60,764 nucleotides of DNA. It comes from Chara braunii. Lineage: Eukaryota; Plantae; Charophyceae. A model generated the notes under the pieces. It was not told where the DNA came from, ran no database searches, and saw nothing but the letters and a program-made list of their open reading frames with translations. The translations under genes were made by a program, and so were the position numbers. This document shows positions 1 to 12,853 of this stretch, one piece after another; the first letter of the stretch is position 1; each line of letters opens with the position of its first letter. Location of the stretch: the NCBI GenBank assembly GCA_003427395.1, contig BFEA01000028.1, forward strand, positions 122,110 through 182,873, read 5' to 3'.

Positions 1-218
1 TTTTTCGGATGCGCATCGTGCCGCGCCGCGCCGTGGCTGAAAAAAAAAAGAAAAAAAAAAAGGAAAGTGTGCTACAACCGCCCTTTTCAAACTCGGGGCC
101 TGATGTTACCGCCTTCTGATGTTACGACTGCCTTTTAGAACTACGGCCATTTTTTCGTTGCCCATTATTGTTTTTTTTGCCCTTTTGAACTTCGTTTGTG
201 ACACAAACGTACCTGCCC

Positions 219-327
219 CTTTTTTTTTTTTGGAAATACACCCCCTTCAGTGCTCGCAGTACTGATAAGAGCAGCCACCACTATCACCTGGGGGGAGGCT
301 CCATCTATTGGTGGGGAGCATGAACCT
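219..327 (-). mobile_element. Retroelement 3' tail: pseudoknot half of the shared module, CTGCTCTTATCA-loop hairpin and poly(A)
   Basis: Minus strand reads GCTCCCCACCAATAGATGGAGC...CTGCTCTTATCA...A-run, matching other copies in the window. Confidence 0.65.
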
Positions 328-879
328 TGCAGGTTGATAGGGTTATTTTTTTCGTTTTTCTTTTTGCAGTTAGTCCACTCTGTGAATTGGTGGCAAGTTT
401 GGTTTTAAGGGTCTCACCCCACGGCACACGAAACGAAAACGAAACGAGTGCATCTGCCAACGAAAGGTGGCAAAGTACACTCGTTACGATTATAGCAAAC
501 CGATGAACGTGGCCATTTTCTGCAGGAAGATGCACTCGTTTCGTTTTTCCTTTCATGTCCCGTGTGGCGATGCCCAAAATGGCCTTCGGGTTTTGTTATA
601 AATGGTCTGACAAACTGTCTGAAAATTTGGGCCTAACCGCTCGTGAGGTACAGATGCAATTCTCCCAGAAACAAAAGATTCCTTGTTATCGAATCTGGAT
701 CTGGCACTACCGGGATCAACTGTTAGAAATGCCAAATTTGGATAAGTGGCATGCTGCCCTTACAGTCAGGTCCTATCTAGCTGTCAAACTACTTGCATAC
801 AATCGCATGGATGTGGCAGATTCAAAACACAAACACCAGTAGGTGAATGAGCATAGTGGGTAGACCAGGACCCCCCCAA

Positions 880-1409
880 AAAAGGAAGGACAAAAAGGAC
901 GGACGAAAAGAAAAGCATCTTGAGTAGGCGAAGGACAATGAGAATATTGAACATGGAAGATCCCTATTCTGGGAAGCTGGACCCAGTTTCCAGCAGGCAC
1001 CACCCCCCACAAGGGCCCACAAGGGGTAGGAGCAAGGGACGGGAGGGTTGGGGGGTGCACTGCTCCAAGGGCATCATTGGGATAGGAGGTGATGCAGCTC
1101 TTACGCAGCTGAGGGAGGAGTAAGTTCAGATCAGGCTTGTCCTACTTTGACATAACAGGGAGACAAATTGGGGCGCAAAAAGGATGTACAGAAAGAAAAG
1201 CATCTTGAGTATGTGAAGGACAACGAGAATATTGGACATGAGAGATTCCTATTCTGGGAAGCAGGACCAAGTTTCCAGCAGGCACTACTCCCCACAAGAG
1301 GTACGAGAGAGGGACGGGAGGGTTGGGGCTCCAAGGGCATCGTTGGGATGGGAGGTGATGCAGCTATTACTTAGCCGAGGGAGGTGTAAGTGCAGATCAG
1401 GCTTGTCCT
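880..1409 (+). repeat. Tandem duplication (two ~285-bp units) of a retroelement 3'-UTR-like sequence with a variant GGGAAGCTGGACCCAGTTTCCAGCAGG module
   Basis: AAGAAAAGCATCTTGAGTA...AGATCAGGCTTGTCCT occurs at about 905-1143 and about 1190-1409. Confidence 0.75.
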
Positions 1410-1620
1410 TTGTTTTTCTTTTTTTTTGTTTTTTTTTAAGAACAGGGCCGCAGTGCCCAAGGCTCAAATTATCAACTCGAATACAACGCCAAAACACGCC
1501 TCTTCCCATTAAGGATGGAAGAGCCTCGGCCACTGCTCCTGTGGAGACAGCTTCCCTTTACAACTGAAGTGCAGTACTAGCAAGGGGCATTGATTGCTGT
1601 CCCAGCTGGGAAGGATTAAC
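1410..1620 (-). mobile_element. Retroelement 3' tail variant ending in poly(A)
   Basis: T-rich run 1410-1437; minus strand shows GTTAATCCT-hairpin-AGCAATCAATGC, then GGGAAGCT...AGCAG. Confidence 0.45.
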
Positions 1621-3679
1621 CCCACTCCATCCAAAAATCGAACTCTGCCCTACTATAGACAATCAGCAGATGATGAACTGTACAAAGTCAAGGAACGGGG
1701 GGAAAGTATAGCAATCCTAACCAACTAAGTGATTGTGACAAGTGATCGACCGAACCCATGACTCCGTACCTCCAGACATAATGACACAGGGACAATTCCA
1801 AAGACTCGTTAATCTGAAGAGACTAGTCTGTAATTAGCAGCCCTTCCAACAGAACTCATGCCATCCTTCATGCACACAAATCAACACAGCAATGATCCTG
1901 AGGGGAGAGCAGTCGTTGGTCGAAATTTTGAAACCACACTCAGCAGCCCTCTCGCAGGTAACCCAATCTAGGTCACAGCAAAACGATGTGAAACACACAA
2001 AACGGCTGCTAACCTCTGTAAAAGATATAAAACAGGCGGAGAGGTGATACGGCATCGCTCAACAGATATCCCACCCTACCTCCCCCAGAATCCCACGGAA
2101 AAGATTCATCGCCATGCCCGTCCTCACCCACGCGCCCAATCAGCAACTTCTCATGGTGCATAGCCTACGAAGATAAACAGAAAGCACCATGAAACTGCCA
2201 ACCAAGAGCCCTCGCCCTCCCTTCAGTCCCACCAGGAAGGCAAAATATTCGGAGAAAGGCCCATGCAAAGTGAAAACCAAGGGAGACGAAGTTGTGCTTA
2301 CCCTGGCGACTGTTGCAGTGAGAGATGTTGTTGGCATGTTCGCCACTATACTCGTTGTTGGCAAAATACTTTATGTCGAGAGTTGAATGGTAGATGCCAT
2401 TGTCGTGAGCATTGTTGCCGCTGTTGATATGATTGTCGCTGTTGCAAATGTCGTCGCCATAGGCGTCGTTGATATTGTTGATGTTGTTGATGTGATTACC
2501 GCTGTTGCAGATGTCATCGTCGTGAGCGGCGTCACTGTTGTTGAAGCGTTTGTCGCTGTTGTAGATATCATTGTCTTAGCCGCTGCCGCTGGTGATGACG
2601 TTGTCGTCACTGTTTTGTGGGTCATTGATGAAACGTCTGTCAATATTTCGCCACTTACCGCAGATGACATCACCACTGGTGTAGTAGCCGTTATCGTTGT
2701 TGTTGACTCAAATTCGCAAGAATAATTGGAGACACCAGCCCGCTGCTGAGCTTCGGTCGTCAGCCTCTCCTTCAGCTCATCATAGTAATCTACACCCTGG
2801 TCGAAAGTCATGTTACAACTGTTTATCAGAGTCTCAGCCCGCTGCCAATCAACAAAAGCCTACTCTGAGACAACAGGGAGACCAATTGGGGAGTGGTAGC
2901 CCTCACTAGAGGGTGGCAGGGAATAATCGAAGGGGTATGTGTCTACTCTAGCAGGGGCTTGATATAATCATCAGAGCACATAAGTTGATTAAAAAAGAAG
3001 AAATAACGGCAGACGCGGCATGTTTTGAAACCCTAAAGGCAAAAAAAACTTGCACTAGTAAAGAAACCACGCGCCAAGTTGAACTCGAAATGAGCAATTC
3101 CAAAAGTATCCGTTGGGCATTTTTATTTATTTATTATTTTTCCCCGCTGACACCACGACTGACCCCTGTAAATATGACAGTCGGTCTGACACCACGGCCG
3201 TCGGTACTTCCGTTGCCTTTTCGAACTCGGTGCCGTTTTCTTTGCCTATGCGTGTTTTTGTTGCCCATTCGATACTCAAAGGTTACATCTAAGTACTCAC
3301 CTAAAAAAAAAACTAGCAAAGATATAGTTTCATTAATCAATGATGTATGGAATGAGGAAACCAAGGATTGGATTGAACCATCCATATTGCAGGGCCGTCT
3401 TTGATATTGTCATCATTCAGTGGAGGCTCTACAAAAGATACTTGACCTGATCCCATTGGCTTGGTTTCGTATCCTTCGTAAAGGCCCAAAATGATGGTAA
3501 ATGACTTGCGGCCATCACGGATCACCCCCAATTGATTTGGCAGCATCCTTGCTATGTTTCAGAATGGGGACATCCTCTTGTTGGTTTTTCAATTATCATA
3601 CGATAATAATTTTCCTCCAAGTGATCAAAGGAAACTAAGTGGGTACAAGATAATCACATTATCAGAATAAGGGTATTAA

Positions 3680-3879
3680 ACCACTAGTACCTCTGCCGCG
3701 TGGGAAAATAGCGGGCCTTGGGTGGGCCTCCGACCTTTTCGGAGGCCAAAACGAAACGACGACTGCTGATCAGATTTATCAATGGCAGCCGTTGTCGGCC
3801 CCGACCTCCAAATTTTTAGGAGTTCGGGAAAACCGGAACTTTTCCCTATGTTCGCAACACTGGCGGAGGTACTAGTGGT
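3680..3879. mobile_element. MITE (200 bp), TTAA-flanked
   Basis: TIRs ACCACTAGTACCTCTGCC / GGCGGAGGTACTAGTGGT; TTAA at 3676-3679 and 3880-3883. Confidence 0.85.
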
Positions 3880-3883
3880 TTAA

Positions 3884-4071
3884 ACCACCAGTACTTGACC
3901 CAGCTATCGACCGCTTTTAGGGCCGCGCTTTTAGGGCTTTGGGGTACCGGACCTCAATGGCTGGAAGCGCCAGCCAAAACAATTTTGAAACGGTACCCCG
4001 ACGCTTCGGCGAAAATCGGCGCATAGGCAATTCCAGGCTCGGCATCGATAGCTAGGCCAAGTGTTGGTGGT
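3884..4071. mobile_element. MITE (188 bp), TTAA-flanked, termini related to the neighbouring MITE
   Basis: TIRs ACCACCAGTACTTGACCCAGCTATCGA / TCGATAGCTAGGCCAAGTGTTGGTGGT; TTAA at 3880-3883 and 4072-4075. Confidence 0.85.
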
Positions 4072-4377
4072 TTAAGAAGAAGGGATACAAATAAATACAA
4101 TTAGGATGCATAAATAGGAAGCACGGATAGACATGAGAACATCAATAGGACAAGGTTTACTACTAACAAAGCTACAGACCCTACTGGCTATATTGACATT
4201 ACATCTACATATTACAACATAATTCCTTCATACACGGTTGTTGGACCTGCAATCCAGCACAAGTGCCTGTAGCACAAAACAAATAGACTGCATCAACACA
4301 TATACATACATCATACACAGAGTATACACACACTCGACACAAGCCACACAAACACCAGCTACAATCAACAATGTACA

Positions 4378-4530
4378 GGGACGTTGGACCTGATTTCGAG
4401 CAGGTGCAACTCCCCACCAATAGATGGAACCTTCAATGCAGGGACTCACTTAATGGGGCTGCTCTTATCACCTCGTTAAGTGGGTCTCCCCACATGCAAA
4501 GTTTAACCCCCCCCCCAAAAAAAAAAAAAA
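4378..4530 (+). mobile_element. Retroelement 3' tail (pseudoknot module + CTGCTCTTATCA-loop hairpin + poly(A))
   Basis: Module at 4378-4430, long stem around loop 4459-4470, A-run 4517-4530. Confidence 0.75.
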
Positions 4531-4544
4531 TACCAGCGATACTT

Positions 4545-5300
4545 GGCTAACCTTTAGACTGGATACGCCCATCTATAAATTGACTCTAGATCCTGCTAAT
4601 TGGACGTGGAGCTCACCAGGAAGGAGTAATGGAACATATAGGTGAGCTTTTTGTACTCTCAAAGTTAAATTAACGTATCCGATGATGCGCCCGGGGATTA
4701 ACTTGAAAGATAAAGTGTCATCTAGATGGATGAAACATCTCCACCCTAGCAAAAATAAATTGAGGTCAATCAAGTGGTTTAGTATAATGAAGTCCAATCC
4801 GATAAAGGTGGCCTCACTGCAATGCCAAATAAAACATCAATGCTTACTCACAAATGATTGGCTGATTGATAAATCATTTTTGGAGAAGAAAGGAATTGCC
4901 TCTTGTTGGTGTAAGTTTTGGAGGACTGTTTTCCCAAGTAGAAAGATCCCAGAGACAGTTGAACATGTGTTAATGCAATGTCCAGGATCCATCTGGCTAT
5001 AGAGATGGTGGGATTGTATTTAGGGTCAGCTGCGATCGCAAAGTTGATGGTCATGGGGTTGGAAGGCTATACAATTAGAATCATGGGCCTTTGGGTTTGA
5101 AGATGCCTTCTCTCGAAACCTCTTTAGGTCGGGCAGGAGAGCAGTTTTGTGGGCCATCTAGTTGAGGAGATATACCTATGAATAGGGAGGGACCAAACTG
5201 GACGGACTGGAATTCACTGGTACGATTAAACAGCAGGTTCAATTAGACATCCTTACTAAATGGGAAACCACAAAGGAAAAAATAAATCATTTATCTTCAC
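4545..5300 (+). pseudogene. LINE (L1/Tx1-like) ORF2 C-terminal fragment with zinc-finger region
   Basis: KVASLQCQIKHQCLLTNDW...CKFW...ETVEHVLMQCP; paralogous to 7620-8350. Confidence 0.8.
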
Positions 5301-7116
5301 AAGTTAAAATTTTTAATCACATTCATTTGTGGGACTCAATATCTCAAGATCTAATGAATTTTTATAATGCGGTATGGATCTCAGGGGAAATGGGAGAATT
5401 TGTGGGACAAGGGGTCCTAACACTTCTATACAAAAAAGGAAAAAAGACAAATATTAAAAATTATCGTCTTATTATTCTTATACAGTTGTTTATAAGATGG
5501 TTGCTAAAACACTAGTTGATCGGCTGACCAAAGTAATCGCGGATATCATTCACCCAACACAAACTGGTTTCATCATTGGAAGGAATATATAGGATAATGT
5601 GTTGCTGATCAATGAAATCATCAAGCTCACACGCCAATCTAAACGTAATGTTGCTTTCATCTTTATAGATTTTGAAAAAACATATGATCATGTGGATTAG
5701 TTTTTTCTTGATAAGTGTTTGGAAAAATTCAACTTTAGTCCAAACTTTCGAAGATGGATAGGGATTCTGCATAAGAATGTTACCACCAGTGTTATAGTTA
5801 CTGGCAATATAGCTCCCCCTATTCCTCTGCAAAGATTAGTTAGATAAGGAGACCCAATTGCTCCCTTCTTATTTGTCATCATTATGGAAGCTCTAGCAGC
5901 AAATCTGCGTACCCATAAAGATATAAAGCGGATCCAGATAACATGTATCCCGGAGGAGGCATTCTCAATATGCTCTCTCTCCCTAATGATTGATGTTTCT
6001 CACGAGGACATGATAGCAATTTAAAAGTTGATGGAACAATTTTGTCACTTATCAGATATGAAAGTTAATTGGGGTAGTAAAACTATGAGATGGTGGACTC
6101 ATCATCAAGGAGTGCGACCTCCAGAACAGTCTAAGGTCGAATGGTTGCCCGAAGATAACCATATCAAAATACTAGGTATTTCCTTAACGGCTGAGAGCAA
6201 ACCAAGTCCAATAATGATTGGATTATGCAACAAGCTCAAACAAAGTTGGAATTATGAAAAAATAAGCATACCTCACTATTAGGTCGCACTCACGCCATCA
6301 ATAATGTTGTCATGGCCTCTATATGGTATAAATCAGCTATTTGGGCCTAAGATAAAATTGTCACTAAAATGTTCCAGCGACAATTAAGAGCATTCCTTTG
6401 GAGAGGAAATCGTGAATGCATTAATGTTATCAATAGAGTGGCATGTATATTAGTGATCCAACCGAAATCTAGAGGGGGGNTGAGAATCATTGATGCAGCC
6501 ACTCAAGCCTTAGCTCTTTCTATACAATGGATCAAGAGACTGCTCCTTAATCCTCAAACCCCTTGGAATGCACTTGCATGAGAACAAATCAGGAGGTTAG
6601 CACCCCCTACACTAGAAGGTACAGGCCCATTGATGTGGCTAGAAAATCGATTATGGTCCCTGCCTGGAGGTAGTGTTAAGGAACATGAGGGTGAAATAAT
6701 TTCAAATCGACAAGCTGCAAGACAAAATTTATGTAAGGACTACTTATGGGTCACCATCCTTAAAACATGGAGGAAATTATCCCTACTGGATAAAATGCAG
6801 CCTGAAAGATGGGAAGAGGTGTGTCGGCAACCACTTTTTAATAACAATTGGATAAGAGATGAGTCAAGGATATGCTGTCCACAGCATGGATTCCCCCTGG
6901 CTGAGTTGGGTAAGGAGAGGAATCATAAGGATCAAAGATTTATGGAACCCTGTAACTAATTATTGGTTTACTGCCAAGGATCTACACAACCAATTGCGTT
7001 ATGGTCACCACCCTGATAAGGCGCTGAAAAACCTGATACGACTCATTCCTTTAGAATTGATTCGTATCTTGCGTAAAGAGCCTAAGTTGAAGGTCAATGA
7101 CTGGGTAGCTATTATA

Positions 7117-7383
7117 ATCCACCGAAGTCCAATCTTCAAATTGTAGGCGATAGTTTTTTTTAACCACCTCATCCTCCCCTCCTGTTGTCCCTTCCCAGAT
7201 GACTCTTCCGAGTTTCCCACCCTGGATTCCCTCAAGCCAGCATTGATATAAATATTGAATATATTCAAGGATTTCGTTACGCTTAGATAAATGTTGGATT
7301 TTTTCTTTTGTCTTTTCCCATATAGTTAAAATGACTGTTTGGATTTGTTGTTTAATGGAATATGTGAATTTTGGTCATTCAAG
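7117..7383 (-). repeat. Inverted copy of LINE segment 8274-8540 embedded in the same LINE
   Basis: Reverse complement aligns along its length with scattered substitutions. Confidence 0.9.
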
Positions 7384-8755
7384 CGGACAACCCCCCTACC
7401 GCACGGTTGGGGGAGACGTTCGGCCATCGGACGACTGGTAACCTAGGATTATCCTAATTCCATTGACAACATCCTTGACAAATTTAGAAATGGGGATATT
7501 TTTTGTCTCTTTTTTATCTAACACAAGATAATTACGTTACCCCAAACCGACAAGAAGAGATAAAATGAGTGAAAGGTGATGAAATCTTTATAATTTGGGT
7601 TATGCAACATAAAAATACATTGATCACATTCAGACCGACTACACCAATCTCCCACCTGGCACTAGACCCAAAAGATTGGATTTGGAATTCCTCAAGTAGA
7701 AAAGGAAGATCATATCATACTAACCTTCATACCTTGACGGTCAAATCTACTTATCCAATGTTTCGGCCCAAAATTAATTTGAGGGATATGGTCGTGACAA
7801 GGTGGATGAAGCATCTCAACCTAAGCCGGGATGATCTTAGATCAATCAAATGGTTTAATATTATAAAATCTGGACCAGCAAAGGTAGCCTCTCTGCAATG
7901 GCAGATTGAACATCGTTGCCTCCCTACCAATGATTGGCTGATTGAGAGATCATCTTTGGAGCGAAGGGGAGTAGTGGCCCCGTGGTGTAAGTTTTGTAAG
8001 ATTACTTTCGCAAGTAAAACTTATCTTGAAACAATAGAACATATATTCCTATAATGTCCGGGAGCAGTTTGGTTATGGAGATGGTGGGACCACATATGGA
8101 GCCAACTAGAGACTCAAGCCCAGTGGCCATGGGGTTGGAAGGCGATCTTACTAGAATCCTGGGTTTCAAATCCATATGATGATTTCACACAGAACCTGTT
8201 CTTTTTGGGAAGGAGAGCGATCCTTTGGGCCATATGAAGGAGAAGATGTACTTTTGAATGAGAAGGTACTCGTCTTGAACGACCTGAATTCATAGATTTC
8301 ATTAAACAACAAATCCAAACAATCATTTTAACTATATGGAAAAAGACAAAAGAAAAAATCCAACATTTATCTAAGCGTAAGGAAATCCTTGAATATATTC
8401 AAAATTTATGTCAATGCTGGCTTGAGGGAATCCAAGGTGGGAAACTCGGAAGAGTCATCTGGGAAGGGACAACAGGAGGGGAGGATGAGGTGGTTAAAAT
8501 AAACTATCGCCTACAATTTGAAGATTGGACTTCGGTGGATCCATCCATTCTTATGCGCCCTGCGAATGACTTCCCTGACCCATTTCCCCCACACCCATTA
8601 GTTGTAGTCCCCAGGTCCTGGTATGACTAATAATTGAATTGGTATCTGATTCTGGTAGGAGGAATGGTATTTTTTCCCCTGAGCTAGAAGAGGTTCAGAT
8701 CCATCCTCCGCAAAAATAATGTTATCTTTCTCGATTCAAGCTTCATTGTACAAAT

Positions 8756-8847
8756 GGGACGCTGAACCCGGTTTCCAACAGGTGCAGCTCCCCACCAATA
8801 GATGGAGTGACCTGTATGGACCCTAGTAGGTTGGGATGCTCGTATCA
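8756..8847 (+). ncRNA. Structured 3'-UTR module of the LINE: hairpin + H-type pseudoknot + ATGCTCGTATCA-loop hairpin
   Basis: GGTG/CACC and GCTCC/GGAGT pairings; stem TAGGTTGGG/CCCAACCTA around a 12-nt loop. Confidence 0.65.
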
Positions 8848-9294
8848 CCCAACCTATTAGGTTCCACTGAGTCTTAAAAAAAAAAAAAAAAAAAAGGAAA
8901 CTAAGGGTCCGGGAGGGAATTGGGAGAGGGAAATGGGATGGGGCTACAAGAGAGGACGATGAAGATTTCCGCAGGGATTATAGGTTGGTATTTAGGGACT
9001 GAACTAGTGTGGACTCATCCACACCTTTGCATTCATTGTTGTTTTTTTCGGACCACTTTCCCCCAATAGCAACGGGTGCCTAGATCTTGGTATGGTTATG
9101 AGTGACTGTGAGCAGGCTTGTATGGTGTAAGTTTATTGTCATAGAAGAGAAAGGAGGTAAATGGCATCTAGGGGAATCAGGGCTATGAGTAACTAACAAT
9201 TATGGTGGCGTGGAAAGGGTGAAGAGGCGATTTCCCTCCTATCAACTATCTCAATTTTCTCACTTTCTGTATTCATGAATGTTGTTTTTATGAA

Positions 9295-9347
9295 GGGATA
9301 CTGGACCCGGTTTCCAACAAGTGCAGCTCCCCACCAATGGATATAGT
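9295..9347 (+). repeat. Degenerate copy of the pseudoknot module
   Basis: GGGATACTGGACCCGGTTTCCAACAAGTGCAGCTCCCCACCAATGGAT. Confidence 0.7.
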
Positions 9348-11733
9348 GACCTCATTGGGTTCTTCTAGGAAGGGTTTGTGATAAGCCGAGATCCGTACTA
9401 CCCTTCAGAGTAAAAAACGAACTAAGCCCTGAAGCACGAACCTTAGCTGATAAAGGAAAGCGGGGTCCATTTTTCTATTTTGGGGACTAAATGTATGCAT
9501 CTTTTAAAAATGTTTTTATCCTCGTTCAAGTTAGTCCTCCTCGCGGATGGTTAGCGACCGTGCAGAGGAATTCAAGAAACAATTAAGAATTTCAGTTGTC
9601 GACATTCAACTTTTCTTCGTATTAAAACGCGTGTGGCCATTTTTTAAGTTTTGCATGCACATAAACTTGTTTTCCGCTCTGCATATGCATGTCATTTTCC
9701 CTTCTTGCTGAGCACCCCTTCTTATATGTCCCTTCGTCTTCCCCCAACTCTACGTCTGATCCTCCCCTTACCTCTCGGAGCGATTGATTGATCATTAGTT
9801 GGGATGACCGGATCAATGTCGCGAAAACGAACTTATGTGCAACTTGAACGACCACTCCAATTGAACAAAATTATCAATTATTCCGCCTTCTTCGACCCCT
9901 CGTACCTCCTCCTTTCTTTGTCCTGCTCATCTACATCCCTTGCTGCCCGCATCACATGTTGGCGCCCCAGGTGGGATTAGCGGTATTCTTGGGTAAAGAA
10001 GTCGGAGGGACCGAGCGGTGGTGAAGATAGAATGTAGCCAGCACTGTTGGAATTTTGAATAGCGAGGGACTCGCTCTTTTCTTCATTGTTGCTTTGTCTA
10101 AGCATTATGTTTGTAGTAGACTATGTGTGGATACTCAGTTGCATGTATGATGTTGGTTACGAGGGTTTATGGATGTTGAATGCTTTGTTGTCCAAGATAC
10201 ATGAGTGTATGGATGTGGAATGATGTTGCGGGTATAAGGCACACTTGGGCGCGTTCCCGGGGAAAATTTAGGGTATCAAACATCCACTTGTATTCATGAG
10301 TGTATTGATTCCCCCTTTTTTTTCCCGACCCTCGCCAATCCCTACATTACGAGTGAGCGTGGGGGATCGTCGCCGACTTTTCCCTCTCTCCCCTCTCACA
10401 TGCAAATGTCACGTGTCGGTTATCTCTCGTTCATTTGGGCTGATCACCGGCAACCAGGGACATCAGGCGCAGGTGTTCCGACGACCCGCCCGATCTCTTT
10501 GCTACCGGCCATAACGGTCATAGCCGTTTTGTCATAGTGACAATTTTGTGACTAGCGACGCTGTGTCCCTGAACTTGCATTTTTTTATAAGTGGGAGGGA
10601 GCGGGGCAAGACCCGTTGAGAATTTTATGGAGTGGAGATTCCCTATGTTGAACGTGAGCGCGAGTGCCTACCCGTGCTTAACCCTCTCGTCGATCCGCCA
10701 TAACACCCTTCTGCCTTCCCCGACCGCAGATGACGATACTAGTGTTTACTGCGGTGCGGATGTACAAAGTGTGTTGTTGCATACCAACTGGGTTCATCTA
10801 TATAACCCATCTAAGGCTTGTCACATGGAGGGAAGTGGGTTTATTGTGGTTGATCGGTTTTCTTCCCCGCCCTTGATCTTGCCTTACACCGATTTGACAG
10901 TGTTGCCCTGGTCGACTGCCCACGCCACGCGGAAGCCCCCGTTTAACTGTTGCAGGTGTCGGCGGGAAGACTCCTGTTCCTGGCAAAGGTTGGTGCTGAG
11001 GTACGAAGGTTCAACTTGGTTCCCAAAACTCTCCTGCAGTGCGGGAGCCCTACCGGCCGGCTTCGGAACCTAGGTTCCCATAGCGCCGCCTGGGTCGGAC
11101 AACGAGGCTCGTGGCTGACCTCACAGACTCGATGAATCCGAATTGAATGCTTAGATGCCCCCTATATCTTGGGTCCTTACAATAGAGTTGACGTGAACCT
11201 GGCACGAGAGAAACGGTAGATTCCACGTCTTCCCTTTTCTTTTCCTTTTTGTCATCTCTTTTCGCGGCTAACTGTTGAGCCGCACCTTGCCCCTGAGGCC
11301 GTGGCGGAGCAGGATTTTGATTATACCCCCAAGTCGGCCCCACTTGCCCTTCAATTTTTTCTTGTTTTCCTTTCGAGTCACCTCTGTCGGCCCTAATTCT
11401 GTAACAACCTCGAAGTGAGCCGAGAATCCCCTATTTCGTCGAGGCGATTCAACCCCCGCACAAAATCCTCAGCCACGCCCCCAATTACTCTGATCGGCGT
11501 CCCTCGGTAAGAAACGTCACGCGGGATGTGAAGTGATTGGGACCACTAGATTGGAGGGAAACATAGGGTAGGCAAGAAAAGGTGGCAACTTCCAAGGGGG
11601 CCTGGGCTAGGGAAAATGAAGGAGACCCAGAAAAGGAAGGGGAATACTAGCAACTCAACGGGTAAGGTGGCGCTCCACTATAGGAATATGCAATGGCTAA
11701 AACCTCAACTCTGCATTAAGTTGATGTATCTAA

Positions 11734-11883
11734 GGGACGTTGGACCCAGTTTCCAGCAGGTGTTGCTCTCCATCAATAGATGGAGCAGCCTGACAGCCAA
11801 GACCTCAATCCTGGCGGCTCTCTCGCCACTGCCGGGAAAGAGGCCTTGTAAAAGGGCTTTCACAAAAAAAAAAGAAAAAAAAA
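11734..11883 (+). mobile_element. Retroelement 3' tail with pseudoknot module and poly(A)
   Basis: Module 11734-11786; tail resembles the copy at 26214-26345 (-); A-run 11864-11883. Confidence 0.75.
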
Positions 11884-12697
11884 GCAACGGCTCCTGGGTC
11901 ACACCTAGCGTTTGGAATAGTCAACTTGATAACTTTAGCAATTCTCTAAGCCACCCCTAAATCTACATTCATACCACTTCAAAAAAACTGCCACATTTTC
12001 AAGCCCCCGCTAAACTTGCACATTCTGAAACTCAAACTATTACATAGGCGCCACCTTGTCTTTTTTTGCCTATTTCAAACTAAAGAGGTGCCTCAGGAGC
12101 AGTTCCCCCCCCAAAACAAAAGGATAATAAGTTAATAACCATATAATAGTACCATCTTTTGGTCTTCACGCTTTCTTGTTTTCAGTGGCATGGCGAGAAT
12201 GTAATTGCACTTTGTATTGACTCATGTGCACAAGAGGAGTCTTTACATGGCGACATTCTACACACCATGCATTCTTTGCATTGGGACTTCTTAGCTCATT
12301 CATCGGGGTATACCCATCAGTCTCCCCAATTCCATTGACAGTTTTACTATGGGGAGATTCTTCTGCATAGGCTTCCATTTCTTCCTAACCCCTTGCCCAA
12401 GCCTCCCACGAATCGCCTTCCCTTCGGCATAGCCCTCCCTTACTTTTCGATCATCTTCTTCCGCTGAATCTGTGTATCTTGATAAATTTACGATTTAATC
12501 TGATAAAGCATCGGTACTTATCCATTCATCAACAAAGGATAGCTACCCCAAAAAAATTACACTGGATGAAGTGGCGTGAGTGGATCGGTCAAGGTTGGTG
12601 GATTGCCTTTCTTGTACCTGTTTGCACGTGGCCAGGAGCTTGCACAATTTTCGAACATCCTGCTCATCATGTATGTGAGGCATGATCTTTCTGCTAT

Positions 12698-12853
12698 GTT
12701 TTTTTTTTATGTTTTTTTTTTTTTTTTTTTTTTTTAATACCTGAACCACATTACTAGGGGAGGTGATATGAGCAACCTCCCCTAGTAAGGGTTTTGGTTG
12801 CTCCAGTGTATTAGTGGGGAGCTGCACTTGCTGAAAAGCAGGTCCAACATCCC
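12698..12853 (-). mobile_element. Retroelement 3' tail with pseudoknot module (AGTG/CACT variant), TTGCTCATATCA-loop hairpin and poly(A)
   Basis: Perfect 13-bp stem TTACTAGGGGAGG/CCTCCCCTAGTAA around the loop; T-run 12698-12735. Confidence 0.8.

Larger units (their letters stand above)
5310..8895 (+). mobile_element. 5'-truncated, decayed L1/Tx1-clade LINE: RT domain, C-terminal zinc finger, 3' UTR, poly(A)
   Basis: LLYKKGKKTNIKNYR, QTGFI, FIDFEKTYD, GDPIAPFLF motifs; CKFCK...ETIEHIFL*CP; many stops and frameshifts; poly(A) 8876-8895. Confidence 0.9.

Noticed and set aside
2371-2811. Thr-rich mucin-like ORFs (here and at 33047-33589)
   Set aside because: Low-complexity ACN-rich sequence without a recognisable domain or gene structure; probably repeat-derived, and cannot be supported as genes.
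3320-3640. Minus-strand LINE fragment resembling 7390-7560
   Set aside because: Similarity is too weak to support without an alignment.
8756-8808. Assigning the shared tail module to HDV-like or twister ribozymes, a riboswitch, or an snRNA fragment
   Set aside because: The required conserved cores and topologies were not found by eye; left as an unassigned pseudoknot.
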